This document shows positions 40,969-51,522 of a DNA stretch of 64,000 nt, in pieces. Source of the stretch: an uncultured bacterium (GTDB taxonomy: Bacteria; Bacillota_I; Bacilli_A; RFN20; CAG-826). The position numbers and the translations under genes were made by a program. Within the stretch, counting starts at the first letter, position 1; each line of letters opens with the position of its first letter. The notes below the pieces were generated by a model that was not told the DNA's origin, did not search any database, and was given only the letters and a program-made list of their open reading frames with translations. The DNA lies in NCBI GenBank assembly GCA_949297445.1, contig CASFSS010000014.1:6819-70818 (forward strand), in the 5' to 3' direction.

Positions 40969-41700
40969 ATGTTCAAAATTCAAAATGAATATTTAAAAAA
41001 GTATTTAGTGTTGCTTGTTTCTTCTTTGGCAGCAGGAATTTTTATTGGATTAGGTGGCTTATTATATGTTGTGGCGCGCACGTATGGGGCTGCTATTAAT
41101 GTTGATTTAAGTTATTTACTCGGTGCCGTTCTTTTTTCAATTGGTTTATTGCTCGTCTGCGTCTTAGGGGCAAAGTTATACACAGGTCAAATTGGCTTTG
41201 TTATTCCTAACGCCCATAAATTTTTAGCCTTAGATTTAATTATTATGTTATTAATGAATTTGTTAGGTGCTAGTTTGGTTGGTCTATTATCTTATCTAAT
41301 CTTTTATAATAATGACGCCTTTATGTCGATTGCTACTAGTGTAGCTTCTTCGCGTTATATTTTTTATTCTGACAATCAATCTTTGGGCGAGACATGGTAT
41401 AAAGCCTTTATCAGCGCTTTGTTCTGTGGCTTTTTTGTTTTCATGGCTGTTTATTTATATCGAAAATTTGATAAGTGGTTTCCAAAAATATTCTTTATTA
41501 TTTTTTGCGTAACCGCTTTTGTGTATTTAGGAATGGAACACTGCATTGCCAATGCTTTTTATTTTGCTTTGACTTTATTTGCTGGCGATGCTTTGGCCAT
41601 TACATGTAATCTACTTTTAGTTATTTTAGGCAATAGTATTGGATCAATTTTAACTTATTTACTCGTAAAACCACTTGAAATATGCCTCAAAGTTAAGTAA
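40969..41700 (+). CDS. Formate/nitrite transporter family protein
   Basis: AGIFIGLG, LFSIGL, LYTG, NLLGA, GMEHCIAN, GNSIGS. Confidence 0.88.
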   Translation: MFKIQNEYLKKYLVLLVSSLAAGIFIGLGGLLYVVARTYGAAINVDLSYLLGAVLFSIGLLLVCVLGAKLYTGQIGFVIPNAHKFLALDLIIMLLMNLLGASLVGLLSYLIFYNNDAFMSIATSVASSRYIFYSDNQSLGETWYKAFISALFCGFFVFMAVYLYRKFDKWFPKIFFIIFCVTAFVYLGMEHCIANAFYFALTLFAGDALAITCNLLLVILGNSIGSILTYLLVKPLEICLKVK

Positions 41701-41749
41701 TATAAGCGTTGCCTATTTTATAGGTAACAATATAAAAAATAGAAATCAC

Positions 41750-41825
41750 GGGCCTGTAGCTCACCTGGGAGAGCGCTTCCATGGCATGGAAGAGGTAGCG
41801 AGTTCGATCCTCGTCAGGTCCACCA
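41750..41825 (+). tRNA. tRNA-Ala(GGC)
   Basis: G3:U70 pair, anticodon arm CTTCC-AT-GGC-AT-GGAAG, A73, CCA. Confidence 0.95.
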
Positions 41826-41836
41826 GTTCGTATATT

Positions 41837-41861
41837 GAAGATACCATTGGTATCTTTTTTT
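41837..41861 (+). terminator. Intrinsic terminator after tRNA-Ala
   Basis: AAGATACC-ATT-GGTATCTT followed by a T run. Confidence 0.75.
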
Positions 41862-41971
41862 CTAAGAATTTTTTACATTTTGTCATTTTGTTTTTTTAGC
41901 AACGCTTAAGAATGGCTAAATTATTTGAAGCATATTATAATCATCGTTAGTCCTTTTAAAGGAGGTGCTTT

Positions 41972-42799
41972 ATGAAATATAAAATTGTTGTAGATTCGTC
42001 TAGTAATTTGACTTCTACTTATATAAATAGTCCAGAAATTGGTTTTGAGGTTGTTCCTTTGACAATTCGTGTTGATGAGAAAATTTATGTCGATGATGAT
42101 ACATTAGATGTTGATGCGATGCTTGATGCTGTCAATAGCTCCCAAAATAAAGCCACGTCTAGTTGCCCATCGCCTTATGATTTCGCCAAGACATTCGAAG
42201 GGGCAGAAAATGTTTTTGTGGTGACAATCTCTTCGAAACTTAGTGGTTGTTATAATTCAGCGAGATTAGCTGCCGAGCAAACTGAAGGAAAAAATATCTA
42301 TGTAATTGATTCAAAAGCGACAGCCGGATCAATGATTTTGATTGTTAATAAATTAAAAGAGTTAATAGACGCTAACCTTTCTTTTGAAGAAATCAAAACG
42401 CAAATTGACGAATACATTAATTCAATTAATTTATTATTTGTTTTATCTAAATTTGATAATTTAGTAAAAAATGGCCGCATGTCGCGTTTAACGGCAGTGA
42501 TTGCAACCGCCTTAGCTATTAAGCCTTTATGCATTGGTGTTGATGGCGAAATTAAAATTAAAGAAAAAATTCGCACTTTTAGTGGCGTCCTTAGACGTCT
42601 CGTTGTCAATATTGGATTATTATGCAAAGAAACACACAATCGTATTTGCTATATTTGTCAAACAAAAAATTTGGCAGACTCCTTGTTTTTACAAAAGTTA
42701 ATTTCCGAACGTTATGGCTTCAAAGAAGTTAAAATCGTCGAAAATCGCGGTCTATGTGCTTTTTATTCTTTGGAAAAAGGAATAATTGTTTCCTTTTAG
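41972..42799 (+). CDS. DegV/FakB fatty-acid-binding protein
   Basis: IVVDSS, VPLTI, SSCPSP, TISSKLSGCYNSA, VIDSK, LVKNGR. Confidence 0.9.
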   Translation: MKYKIVVDSSSNLTSTYINSPEIGFEVVPLTIRVDEKIYVDDDTLDVDAMLDAVNSSQNKATSSCPSPYDFAKTFEGAENVFVVTISSKLSGCYNSARLAAEQTEGKNIYVIDSKATAGSMILIVNKLKELIDANLSFEEIKTQIDEYINSINLLFVLSKFDNLVKNGRMSRLTAVIATALAIKPLCIGVDGEIKIKEKIRTFSGVLRRLVVNIGLLCKETHNRICYICQTKNLADSLFLQKLISERYGFKEVKIVENRGLCAFYSLEKGIIVSF

Positions 42800-42873
42800 T
42801 CATTTTGTAATTATTTTTCTTTAACTAGACAAAAATACGTTATTTTTGTTTATGTTAGTTTTATAATAAATAT

Positions 42874-43797
42874 ATGCAAAAAAAGCTCGGATATATTATT
42901 GGTGGTCTAAGCTTAATTTTCTCTATCATTTTAGTTTCTTTAACTTTTGTGCGTTTTTCTTCACCAAAAAATATTTATTGCGAATGGATGAATAATGTTG
43001 ATGACGAAAAATACATTAATGAAATATTGATTCCTGGCACACATGACTCAGGGGCGGCTCATTCCTTGTTTGATTTAGCTGGAAAGTGTCAAGACACCTC
43101 CATATTAGAACAGTTAAATCTCGGCGCTAGGTTTTTGGATGTGCGCTTAAAAAATATTGAAGATAGTTTTTATGTTTATCACGGTTACATCAATCAAGAA
43201 CTAATATTTCAAAGCGTTTTAGACGATGTCTATTCTTTTTTAGACACCTATCCTAGCGAAACGATTATTATGTCAATCAAAGAGGAACAGGATGCAAAAA
43301 ATAATACTTTATCGTTCGATGCATTGCTTCAAAAATATATAAACAATAATCCAACATATTGGTATTTAGAAAATAGCCTTCCTACTTTAAAAACCGTACG
43401 TGACAAGATTGTTCTTTTTTCTCGCTACATAGATGCTTCGATTGGCATCGATGCTTATGATGGTTGGTTGGATTCTACGACTTTTGATATGAATAACGGC
43501 GTCAGCCTCCATGTGCAAGACAATTATCGACTAGCTAATAACGATGTCAAGTATGCGGACATTGTCGCTTGCTTAGATTATGGTGTCCTCAATCAAACGG
43601 AATGGACAATTAATTTTTGTAGCGGCTATTTAGATACGAAAGTTTTAGGAATCTCTTTAGCAAACGCCATGACGACAGCTGGTTATATCAACGATAAAGT
43701 AACCGATTATATTTTAGATAATAATTCAAAGAATTATGTTGGAGTTCTTTTATTTGATTTTTATAATCAAGATATAGCGGAGGCAATTATAAAATGA
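42874..43797 (+). CDS. Phosphatidylinositol-specific phospholipase C (X-domain) protein
   Basis: IPGTHDSG, QLNLGARFLDVR, VYHG, PSETIIMSIKEE; N-terminal TM. Confidence 0.88.
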   Translation: MQKKLGYIIGGLSLIFSIILVSLTFVRFSSPKNIYCEWMNNVDDEKYINEILIPGTHDSGAAHSLFDLAGKCQDTSILEQLNLGARFLDVRLKNIEDSFYVYHGYINQELIFQSVLDDVYSFLDTYPSETIIMSIKEEQDAKNNTLSFDALLQKYINNNPTYWYLENSLPTLKTVRDKIVLFSRYIDASIGIDAYDGWLDSTTFDMNNGVSLHVQDNYRLANNDVKYADIVACLDYGVLNQTEWTINFCSGYLDTKVLGISLANAMTTAGYINDKVTDYILDNNSKNYVGVLLFDFYNQDIAEAIIK

Positions 43798-44222
43798 TTG
43801 GCAAAATCGGTCGCTATATTGTGCTAATATCTTCAATTTTAATTGGTATTTATGCAACTTTAATGAGCATAATAGAATGCTATAACTTGTTTAGTGGAGC
43901 GTTTTTATTTGGCGAATACCCAGTTCAAAACTTCTTTTACTATTTCATGAAGTTAATCATATATTTAATTGTCATTTTTTCTAGCGTTATTGGAATATTG
44001 TTTTTCTTTAAAAGAAATATCGTTATCATCGATACCTTGTTACCGATATTATCTTTGTCGACGCTCGTGGTGGGATTAATTGCTGCGATAGTCTCATTAT
44101 TCCTCGGACAACGAGAAATTTATTTGATTTTGCTCGATTTCCTAGTTCCTTTAATTAACGGAATTGGTGTTGTTTTAATTGTCTTTGATAAATATTTAGA
44201 TAAAGCAATGAAAAGCGAATAA
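43794..44222 (+). CDS. Hypothetical four-TM membrane protein
   Basis: RBS GGAGG, ATGA-coupled to the PI-PLC gene, hydrophobic segments. Confidence 0.7.
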   Translation: MIGKIGRYIVLISSILIGIYATLMSIIECYNLFSGAFLFGEYPVQNFFYYFMKLIIYLIVIFSSVIGILFFFKRNIVIIDTLLPILSLSTLVVGLIAAIVSLFLGQREIYLILLDFLVPLINGIGVVLIVFDKYLDKAMKSE

Positions 44223-44238
44223 AAGAGGAGAAATTATT

Positions 44239-45663
44239 ATGGAAGCAACTAAAAAAAGCTCTAAACTAGGCCTACGAGCATGGGCGGCAATTTGGATTGC
44301 GGGTTTGATTGGACAATTGACATGGGTAATTGAAAATTCGTTTTTTAATACCTATGTTTATGATCAAATAGCTCCGCGGAGCGATATTATCACTTGGATG
44401 GTTTCTCTATCCGCCATCGTTTCTACGGCGGCAACATTTTTAATGGGGACATTATCTGATCAAATTGGCAAACGGCGAATATTCGTTTTATTAGGTTATA
44501 TTTTTTGGGGTGTATCGACGATTGTTTTTGGCTTAACGCAATTTACGGTGGCAGCATTAGGAGTTACCGGTGCGGCAGTGCTGGTCGTTATTATGGATTG
44601 TGTTATGTCGTTTTTTGGCTCAATGGGAAATGATTGCGGTCTTAACTCTTGGACAACAGATATTTCTACACCAGAAAATAGAGGCACTTTAGGTACCTCT
44701 ATTTCTTTACAACCAATGCTAGCAACCATTTTAGGAACAGTCGTTTTTGGTCTCATTTTGAGTGCTTTTAGCGGATTAGTTACACCGGATGGCCAAAATC
44801 TACGATATTTTATGCTCTTTATTATCGTAGGAGTTGTCACCATTGTTGTGGGAGTTATTTCTTATTTTTTAATGAAAGAATCGCCCAACTTGATTCCTAG
44901 TCGAGAGAAAAATTTTCTTAAAAATTTAAAGAAGCCTTTCAATTTCAAGCTTTTAAAAGAAAATAAATTGTTACTTTACATTTTATTAATTTTCATGTTT
45001 TTCTTCATTTCGTTTAATGTCTATTTTCCCCACATTTTAAATTATTTTATTTATGGCGATATGTCCTCGACAGTCGAGTGGTTGTGTGGCTTGCTCGGCA
45101 TGGATTCTAATTCAAAAGAATTAGTGGCCGGCGCATTAGAAGCAGTTGCTTTGGTTTTAGCAATTCCATTATTAATCGTGGCGGGGCGTTTCCATAACAA
45201 AAATAAATTTATTTCCATTTTATATATTTCAATCGGCATGAACTTAGCCGGCTTGCTCATTTTGTTCTTTTCTGGCCTTGCTGGTTTAGAATATGGAGGC
45301 GCGTTAGCGACATTGCTTATTGGCATGTTCTTTGTCGGTGGTGGTTATATGGGTTTATACCAGGCAATTATGGTTTGGCTGAAAAACTTATTCCCCGAAG
45401 ATATGCGTTCTCAATTTGAAGGAATTAGAATGATTTTCTATGTCTGCATTCCTATGTTTTTAGGGACCTTAGTAGGCAATTTTGTCATTCAATATCTTGG
45501 CACTGAAATTACTTTAAGTTACCAAACTGGTGATTTGAGCGGTTACGCGCCTAATTTCTGGTTGTTTATTTTTGCTTTTGGCTTATGCCTATTAACCTTT
45601 ATTCCTTTAGGATTTGCTACTAGAGAAGTTAAAAAACACCCACCAGTGTATTCAGAAGAATAA
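44239..45663 (+). CDS. MFS transporter
   Basis: About 12 TM, motif A GTLSDQIGKRR, WTTDISTPENRG. Confidence 0.9.
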   Translation: MEATKKSSKLGLRAWAAIWIAGLIGQLTWVIENSFFNTYVYDQIAPRSDIITWMVSLSAIVSTAATFLMGTLSDQIGKRRIFVLLGYIFWGVSTIVFGLTQFTVAALGVTGAAVLVVIMDCVMSFFGSMGNDCGLNSWTTDISTPENRGTLGTSISLQPMLATILGTVVFGLILSAFSGLVTPDGQNLRYFMLFIIVGVVTIVVGVISYFLMKESPNLIPSREKNFLKNLKKPFNFKLLKENKLLLYILLIFMFFFISFNVYFPHILNYFIYGDMSSTVEWLCGLLGMDSNSKELVAGALEAVALVLAIPLLIVAGRFHNKNKFISILYISIGMNLAGLLILFFSGLAGLEYGGALATLLIGMFFVGGGYMGLYQAIMVWLKNLFPEDMRSQFEGIRMIFYVCIPMFLGTLVGNFVIQYLGTEITLSYQTGDLSGYAPNFWLFIFAFGLCLLTFIPLGFATREVKKHPPVYSEE

Positions 45664-45684
45664 GTATTGTTAGGAGTTACTAAT

Positions 45685-46080
45685 ATGAAACGACAAGTTT
45701 ATGTAGTTGCGGGCGCTATTATCAAAGATAAGAAAGTTTTTGCCGCGCAAAGAGGCGCGCATGGTTTAACTGCTTTTAAATGGGAGTTTCCTGGCGGCAA
45801 AATTGAGCCGCATGAAACGCCTCAAGAAGCTTTGCAAAGAGAGTTACGTGAAGAATTAAAAATCGATGTAAAAGTTGATGAATTATTGACCGAAATCGTT
45901 GATTCTTATGAGGAGGTTGATCTACACATTGCCACATATAGATGTGAACTACTTGGCGGTGTACCAACTAAGACCGAGCATTTAGCTTTAACGTGGGCTA
46001 ATAAAGACGAGCTGGATAAATTAGAATTTTCCAAGGCGGACGCGCCGACGCTAAAAATTATTAAAGAAAAATATTTATAA
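45685..46080 (+). CDS. NUDIX hydrolase, MutT/NudG-like
   Basis: WEFPGGKIEPHETPQEALQRELREEL Nudix box; RBS AGGAG. Confidence 0.9.
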   Translation: MKRQVYVVAGAIIKDKKVFAAQRGAHGLTAFKWEFPGGKIEPHETPQEALQRELREELKIDVKVDELLTEIVDSYEEVDLHIATYRCELLGGVPTKTEHLALTWANKDELDKLEFSKADAPTLKIIKEKYL

Positions 46081-46098
46081 TGTTTGTGAGGAAAAGAG

Positions 46099-48477
46099 AT
46101 GGACGAATTAGAAAAGAAAATCGCAACAATTGTTAGCGAATTGCCTTTAGAAAGAAAAATTGAATTGCTATATGGCGATGGCAATTGGCTCGTTCGCGGC
46201 ATCCCTGAATACGGCATTCGTCCAATTGTCCTTAGCGATGGCCCGCATGGATTACGAAAGCAATCTGATAATCTAGATGATAACTTAGCAAGAGAAAGTA
46301 TACCAGCGACATGTTTTCCGACGGCTTCTTTGACTGCTTGCTCCTTTGATCGAGATTTATTATTTGAGCTTGGTGAGGCAATTGGAAAAGAAGCGATTGA
46401 TCAAAAAGTTGATATTGTGCTTGGCCCGGGTGCGAACATTAAGCGCAATCCTCGCTGCGGTCGTAACTTTGAATATTTTAGCGAAGACCCAATTTTATCT
46501 GGCGAAATGGCAGCAGCTTTTATTAAAGGTGTGCAGTCGACGGGCGTTGGCACTTCGTTAAAACACTATGCATTAAATAACCAAGAAACAAATCGAATGC
46601 TCACGAATGCGGTTGTCGACTTAAAAGCAATGAATGACCTTTATCTTAAATCATTTGAAATTGCTGTCAAAAAAGGACAACCTAAAACAGTGATGTGTTC
46701 ATATAACAAGGTAAATGGTACTTACGCATCGGATAATAAATTTTTGCTTTTAGAGAAGCTTAAAAAAGAGTGGAATTTTTCAGGTTTTGTCATGAGCGAT
46801 TGGGGGGCTACTAATCAATTATGCTCATATAAATTTGGACTAGATTTAGACATGCCGCGCTTTGACGATAAGAAAAAATATCTTTTGCACGAAATAAAAA
46901 AAGGCCGTCTTTCGATTGCCGATATTGATAATTCCTTTAGACGAATATTAAAAGTCTCTTTAGAACTCCAATCGTCTGAAAAAAATATTGAAAATAGTTA
47001 TGATTCTCATTTTGAATTATCGGGAAAAATTGCTGAAAATTGCATAGTTTTAGCAAAAAATGATGGGATTTTACCTCTTGAAAAGAATCCATTGGATTTA
47101 TTGATTATAGGTAGCTTTGCCGGCGAAAATATGCGTTATGAAGGGGGCGGATCATCGCATGTTAATCCTTATAAGACGCATTCATTTATCGACGCTCTTA
47201 TCGATAATAATATTCAGCATATTTATTTTGATGGCTATGATGGAAACGCCACAATTGACTATGCTAAAATTAAAGAAGCAAAAGTGTTGGCTTCTCGTGC
47301 TAAGAAAATTATTTTATTTGTTGGCACAACTAAAGAGATGGAGTCAGAAGGTTATGATAGAGAAAATCTATTATTGCCAGACATGCATTATCGACTTTTT
47401 GACGCTATTTATGAAGCAAATCAAAATATTATTACCGTCGTTGCTTCTGGAGCGCCAGTCGAATTAAAAAATATCATTAATTCGCGCGCTATTCTTATTT
47501 CCTACTTAGGTGGGGAAAATTCCGGCAGTGCTCTTGAGCGAATTATTTTTGGTAAGACTAACCCTTCAGGTCATTTAGCAGAAACTTGGCCGATTGCTTA
47601 TAGCGATAATCCTTTGTATCGATATTTTCCTGGCGATCGTTCAAATGTATATTATAAAGAATCCATTTTTGTCGGATATCGCTACTTCGATAAAGCTAGA
47701 AAGCCACTTCTTTTTCCTTTTGGCCATGGATTATCGTATACAACTTTTAAACTTTATAACTTAAACGTTATTTCTAAGGCAGAAACAAATGAGCGTAAAA
47801 TTACATTTTCTGTGAAAAATGTTGGCAATCTTTCTGGCGCGGTTACGGTTCAACTATATATCGGAAAGAAAGATAGTGTATTGATACGTCCTATTAAGGA
47901 ATTAAAAGACTTTACCAAAATATATCTTTCTCCTAACGAAGAGAAAGAAGTTTCCTTTGTAATTGATGATGACAATCTCAAGGTCTATGACATTAAGACA
48001 CGCGATTTTATTGTTGAAAATGGCAACTATGAATTTTATATCGGGCAATCAAGTCGCGATATTGAACTAGAAGGAAGATTTGATGTTCATTCTAACGATG
48101 TAGCCATTGATTTATCAAAGATACTTCCATCATATTATGAACTTGCTAACGTTAGCGAAATTGGTGACTATGAGTTTGAATATTTGTATCAAAATAAATT
48201 ACCTCTATATAAAGATCCATTTAAAAAGCCCTATACCTTAGCAAATACGGCCTATGAGATAGGTCAAACATTCGCTGGAAAAATTATCTTAAAAATGTTT
48301 AAAAAATATGGCTACGATATGTATTTTGCAAAAAATACACCAATTCGTTCCTTGACAATGTCGCAATTCATTAATCAAAAAGGCGTTGAATCTATCGTTA
48401 AGATGGCTAATGGTAAATTAATTAGTGGTGGTCTTACGATGCTGACCAAAGGAATAGACCGGGATAAGAAAAAATGA
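46099..48477 (+). CDS. Glycoside hydrolase family 3 beta-glucosidase
   Basis: SDGPHGLRK, GRNFEYFSEDP, SLKHYALNNQE, VMSDWGA, GGGSS, ESEGYDR, FPFGHGLSYT. Confidence 0.95.
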   Translation: MDELEKKIATIVSELPLERKIELLYGDGNWLVRGIPEYGIRPIVLSDGPHGLRKQSDNLDDNLARESIPATCFPTASLTACSFDRDLLFELGEAIGKEAIDQKVDIVLGPGANIKRNPRCGRNFEYFSEDPILSGEMAAAFIKGVQSTGVGTSLKHYALNNQETNRMLTNAVVDLKAMNDLYLKSFEIAVKKGQPKTVMCSYNKVNGTYASDNKFLLLEKLKKEWNFSGFVMSDWGATNQLCSYKFGLDLDMPRFDDKKKYLLHEIKKGRLSIADIDNSFRRILKVSLELQSSEKNIENSYDSHFELSGKIAENCIVLAKNDGILPLEKNPLDLLIIGSFAGENMRYEGGGSSHVNPYKTHSFIDALIDNNIQHIYFDGYDGNATIDYAKIKEAKVLASRAKKIILFVGTTKEMESEGYDRENLLLPDMHYRLFDAIYEANQNIITVVASGAPVELKNIINSRAILISYLGGENSGSALERIIFGKTNPSGHLAETWPIAYSDNPLYRYFPGDRSNVYYKESIFVGYRYFDKARKPLLFPFGHGLSYTTFKLYNLNVISKAETNERKITFSVKNVGNLSGAVTVQLYIGKKDSVLIRPIKELKDFTKIYLSPNEEKEVSFVIDDDNLKVYDIKTRDFIVENGNYEFYIGQSSRDIELEGRFDVHSNDVAIDLSKILPSYYELANVSEIGDYEFEYLYQNKLPLYKDPFKKPYTLANTAYEIGQTFAGKIILKMFKKYGYDMYFAKNTPIRSLTMSQFINQKGVESIVKMANGKLISGGLTMLTKGIDRDKKK

Positions 48478-49427
48478 TTACTTTATACATTTTGTTTTCG
48501 ATAATTGTTTCAATTTATTATTACTTTTATATGCGACATCGTAGCGATGGCTCTATTAATATTCTTTACGAACATCCAAATGATTTAATAAAAGAAGGAA
48601 TAAAAGTCAAAAAAATACAATTTTATAGTGGTAAATATTTGCTAACCGGTTATACCTATTATCTTGATACTAACTTAAAACACGATGGATTGATTTTAAT
48701 ATATCATGGTCTTGGCTATGGACATGCATATCTACTAAATTTAATCCGTCGATTTGTTAAGGCAAATTATGTTGTTTTTGCCTATGATCAGCACGGCGCT
48801 GCATTGAGTGAAGGGCCAGTTGTTGGTGATATGACATCTTCTTTAAGGGATGCAAAAAGTGCTCTAAATTATATAAAAACAACGCCTTATTTAAACGAGT
48901 TACCTCTTTATGTTTTTGGTCATTCTTGGGGTGGCTATACAGCATTAAATTCATTAAATTTCAAGGAATCTAACATTAAAAAAGTCATAAGCGTTGCCGG
49001 CTTTGACAATGAATATTGGTTAGCGAGAGGATATAATCCCTTCTTTTCATTATTTTTGTGGCCGCGATTGATTTTTAAACATGGGAAATATGCTTTTTTC
49101 AGTGCTAAAAAAGCGTTTAAGAAAAGCGACGCCAAGATATTATACATTCAAGGTGAAGACGATAAGATTGTTCTACCTAAATACGCCGGTTATCGTTTTA
49201 AGAAAATATCAAATAAACGCTCTAATGTTGAAATTTTATTATTACCCGATAAAGGCCACACGCCATTTATCAGTAATGAAGCGCAAAGACGACAAAATGA
49301 ACTTTATGAAAAACTTGGAATTATATCATCTAGAAGCGGTGATTATAATTTGCTATATGATTACACATTATGTAGTGAGTGTGACGATATTGTCGTTGCT
49401 CAAATGATCGATTTTTTCAAAGACTAG
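48474..49427 (+). CDS. Alpha/beta hydrolase (lipase/esterase-like)
   Basis: HGLGYG, nucleophile elbow GHSWGG, QGEDDKIV, KGH. Confidence 0.88.
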   Translation: MITLYILFSIIVSIYYYFYMRHRSDGSINILYEHPNDLIKEGIKVKKIQFYSGKYLLTGYTYYLDTNLKHDGLILIYHGLGYGHAYLLNLIRRFVKANYVVFAYDQHGAALSEGPVVGDMTSSLRDAKSALNYIKTTPYLNELPLYVFGHSWGGYTALNSLNFKESNIKKVISVAGFDNEYWLARGYNPFFSLFLWPRLIFKHGKYAFFSAKKAFKKSDAKILYIQGEDDKIVLPKYAGYRFKKISNKRSNVEILLLPDKGHTPFISNEAQRRQNELYEKLGIISSRSGDYNLLYDYTLCSECDDIVVAQMIDFFKD

Positions 49428-49429
49428 CC

Positions 49430-51373
49430 TTACTTATGGCTTAATAAATAATAAGCAAATTCGTCGACAGTATTTAGTTTCGCTATCTCTTTATCATCTA
49501 AAACATCAGGATAGTCGGCTTGAATAATTGCAAATAAATTCATATAGGAAAAAGAATCTCCACCTAAATCAATGAAGAAATGCATCCCGCTACCAATTTT
49601 ATTTTTCTCAATATTTAACACATCGGCAAAGAGTGATGTCAGATAGTTTTTAATTTTTTCAACTTCGTTTGGATCAAACTCATTAAAAGTTATAGTTTCG
49701 TAAGAGGAAATTCGAACAAAATATTCTGGATTTGACGTTAGTAGTGCGCCAATCTCGTATTTTTTTATCTTTAATGAAGCATTTTTTGGTAGTGGTTGGT
49801 TTGTGAAATAAATATTTTTGACTTGCTTAAATGTTGGCAATTTTGTGTTCATTATCACAACTTCTTTTTCTATTCGTTTGACATTTCCGCTGTTTCTATT
49901 TGCTACTTTAAGGACCAATGAAAGCAAATCGTTGTGAATAAATGATGATAGTTCATCGACACCAGATATGTTTGCAAAGTGTGAGTCCAATTCCTCTAAG
50001 TATACATTTTCTCCATTAGATGAAATATAAACATTATCTTTTTTGCCAAGTAATGTTAATGCGCCATCATCTTTAATATAGGCCATATCTTCGGTGTGGA
50101 AATATCCTTCATCATCAACAAGAGGTGGTCTTTCTTCTCCACCCATAAGTGCATATGAATGCATTTGCATGCTCTTAACAAGAAGTTCGCCTTTATCCAT
50201 CTTATATTCCACATTATATAATGGTCGGCCAACATTCAAATCGATTAAATTATCGTAAGAAGAATTAAGCGCAACACTGGTAATACCAATCTCAGTCATT
50301 CCGTATCCATTATGAACAGGATAACCGATTGCCCAAAGGATCTCTTGGGTTTTTTTACTGAACTTGGAACCACCCGAAATTGTCAATTTAATGTTTGTCC
50401 CCAGCGTTTGTTTTTGAATAATTTTTTGAATGAATTTGCGTGAAGCAAAGCCTGCTTCCCAACGTGTTATTTGGCCATTATGGAAGGCAATTAATCGATT
50501 AAGAAGCTCACTTTTCTTTTTCTTTTCCATGCTTCGAACGATACTTTTGACTAAAGTGTCCCAAAATAAGGGGACGGCGTATAGATGAGTAATTTTTGTC
50601 TCCTGACATGTCGAAATTATATCGGCAGGTTTTAGCGATGGTAAAAAGACAATCGTAGAAGCGAAAAAAGTGTACCAAAGTAAGACAGCAACAAAACCAA
50701 AAATATGGGAAAAAGGTAACATTGCCAGGATATTAATTTGCCCTACTGTATTTGGATACATAAAATGTTCATTTTCAAACGGAATGGTGTATGCTGCGTA
50801 AATTTGCTCGCATAAATTGTTGCCGGTATAAACAAAAATTCTTGCTTCTTTTGTCGTTCCGCTTGTGGCAAAAGCTATTTTATTTTCCCACATTTGAGTT
50901 ACAGCAACATCCTTATTAGTAAAATAGTCATATTCATCGACAATAGATAAACAATTAGGTATTTGTTCGTTTGTTTCTAAAATTACCGCATTTGCACCCG
51001 CTTCACTAATGAGGTGCGTTGTGTTGTCAATATCTTCGTTGATATTAATTAATAGTGGCTTATAACCAATCATCAATAATGCGTATAGGTAAAATACCCA
51101 TTTAGGGGAATTTTTTAGTTTTAGACCTACATATGTGTTCTTTTCGACATTCTTTAGTTTGTCGTTTAAAACAGCGGCTAGCGTCAAAACATGGTCGTTT
51201 ATTTCGCTATAGTGAATTTTTTGCCATTTTTTGTTTTCTTTATATTTAAAAGCAATTTTTTTATTACCGTTAGTGAGCGTTAGCTTGTATATGTCCATTA
51301 TACGCCTTGGTCCTTGCATTAATTCGTTGGCCAAGTCATAGAATGGTTGAAATTCTTTTTTTATTTCTTTCAT
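49430..51373 (-). CDS. AMP-binding long-chain acyl-activating enzyme fused to a C-terminal acyl carrier domain
   Basis: TSGTTKEAR, LPFSHIFG, GYGMTE, YFHTED, SNGENVY; C-terminal FFIDLGGDSFS phosphopantetheine site. Confidence 0.85.
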   Translation of the reverse strand: MKEIKKEFQPFYDLANELMQGPRRIMDIYKLTLTNGNKKIAFKYKENKKWQKIHYSEINDHVLTLAAVLNDKLKNVEKNTYVGLKLKNSPKWVFYLYALLMIGYKPLLININEDIDNTTHLISEAGANAVILETNEQIPNCLSIVDEYDYFTNKDVAVTQMWENKIAFATSGTTKEARIFVYTGNNLCEQIYAAYTIPFENEHFMYPNTVGQINILAMLPFSHIFGFVAVLLWYTFFASTIVFLPSLKPADIISTCQETKITHLYAVPLFWDTLVKSIVRSMEKKKKSELLNRLIAFHNGQITRWEAGFASRKFIQKIIQKQTLGTNIKLTISGGSKFSKKTQEILWAIGYPVHNGYGMTEIGITSVALNSSYDNLIDLNVGRPLYNVEYKMDKGELLVKSMQMHSYALMGGEERPPLVDDEGYFHTEDMAYIKDDGALTLLGKKDNVYISSNGENVYLEELDSHFANISGVDELSSFIHNDLLSLVLKVANRNSGNVKRIEKEVVIMNTKLPTFKQVKNIYFTNQPLPKNASLKIKKYEIGALLTSNPEYFVRISSYETITFNEFDPNEVEKIKNYLTSLFADVLNIEKNKIGSGMHFFIDLGGDSFSYMNLFAIIQADYPDVLDDKEIAKLNTVDEFAYYLLSHK

Positions 51374-51436
51374 GTGAAAAATAATAACATTTTCTTAATA
51401 ATTTGTATCAATAAGTTATAAAATATTAAATTAGAT

Positions 51437-51522
51437 GCAGCGATGGCGGAATGGTAGACGCAGTAGACTCAGAATCTACTATGCGTAAGCATGTGCGAGT
51501 TCGACTCTCGCTCGCTGCACCA
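51437..51522 (+). tRNA. tRNA-Leu(CAG)
   Basis: GTAGA-CT-CAG-AA-TCTAC anticodon arm, long variable arm, A73, CCA. Confidence 0.95.

Noticed and set aside
41675-41899. 74 aa ORF
   Set aside because: Spans tRNA-Ala and its terminator.
44460-44480. CGG-to-Trp reassignment
   Set aside because: CGG encodes an Arg of MFS motif A (GKRR) and of EGQRL in the solute-binding protein.
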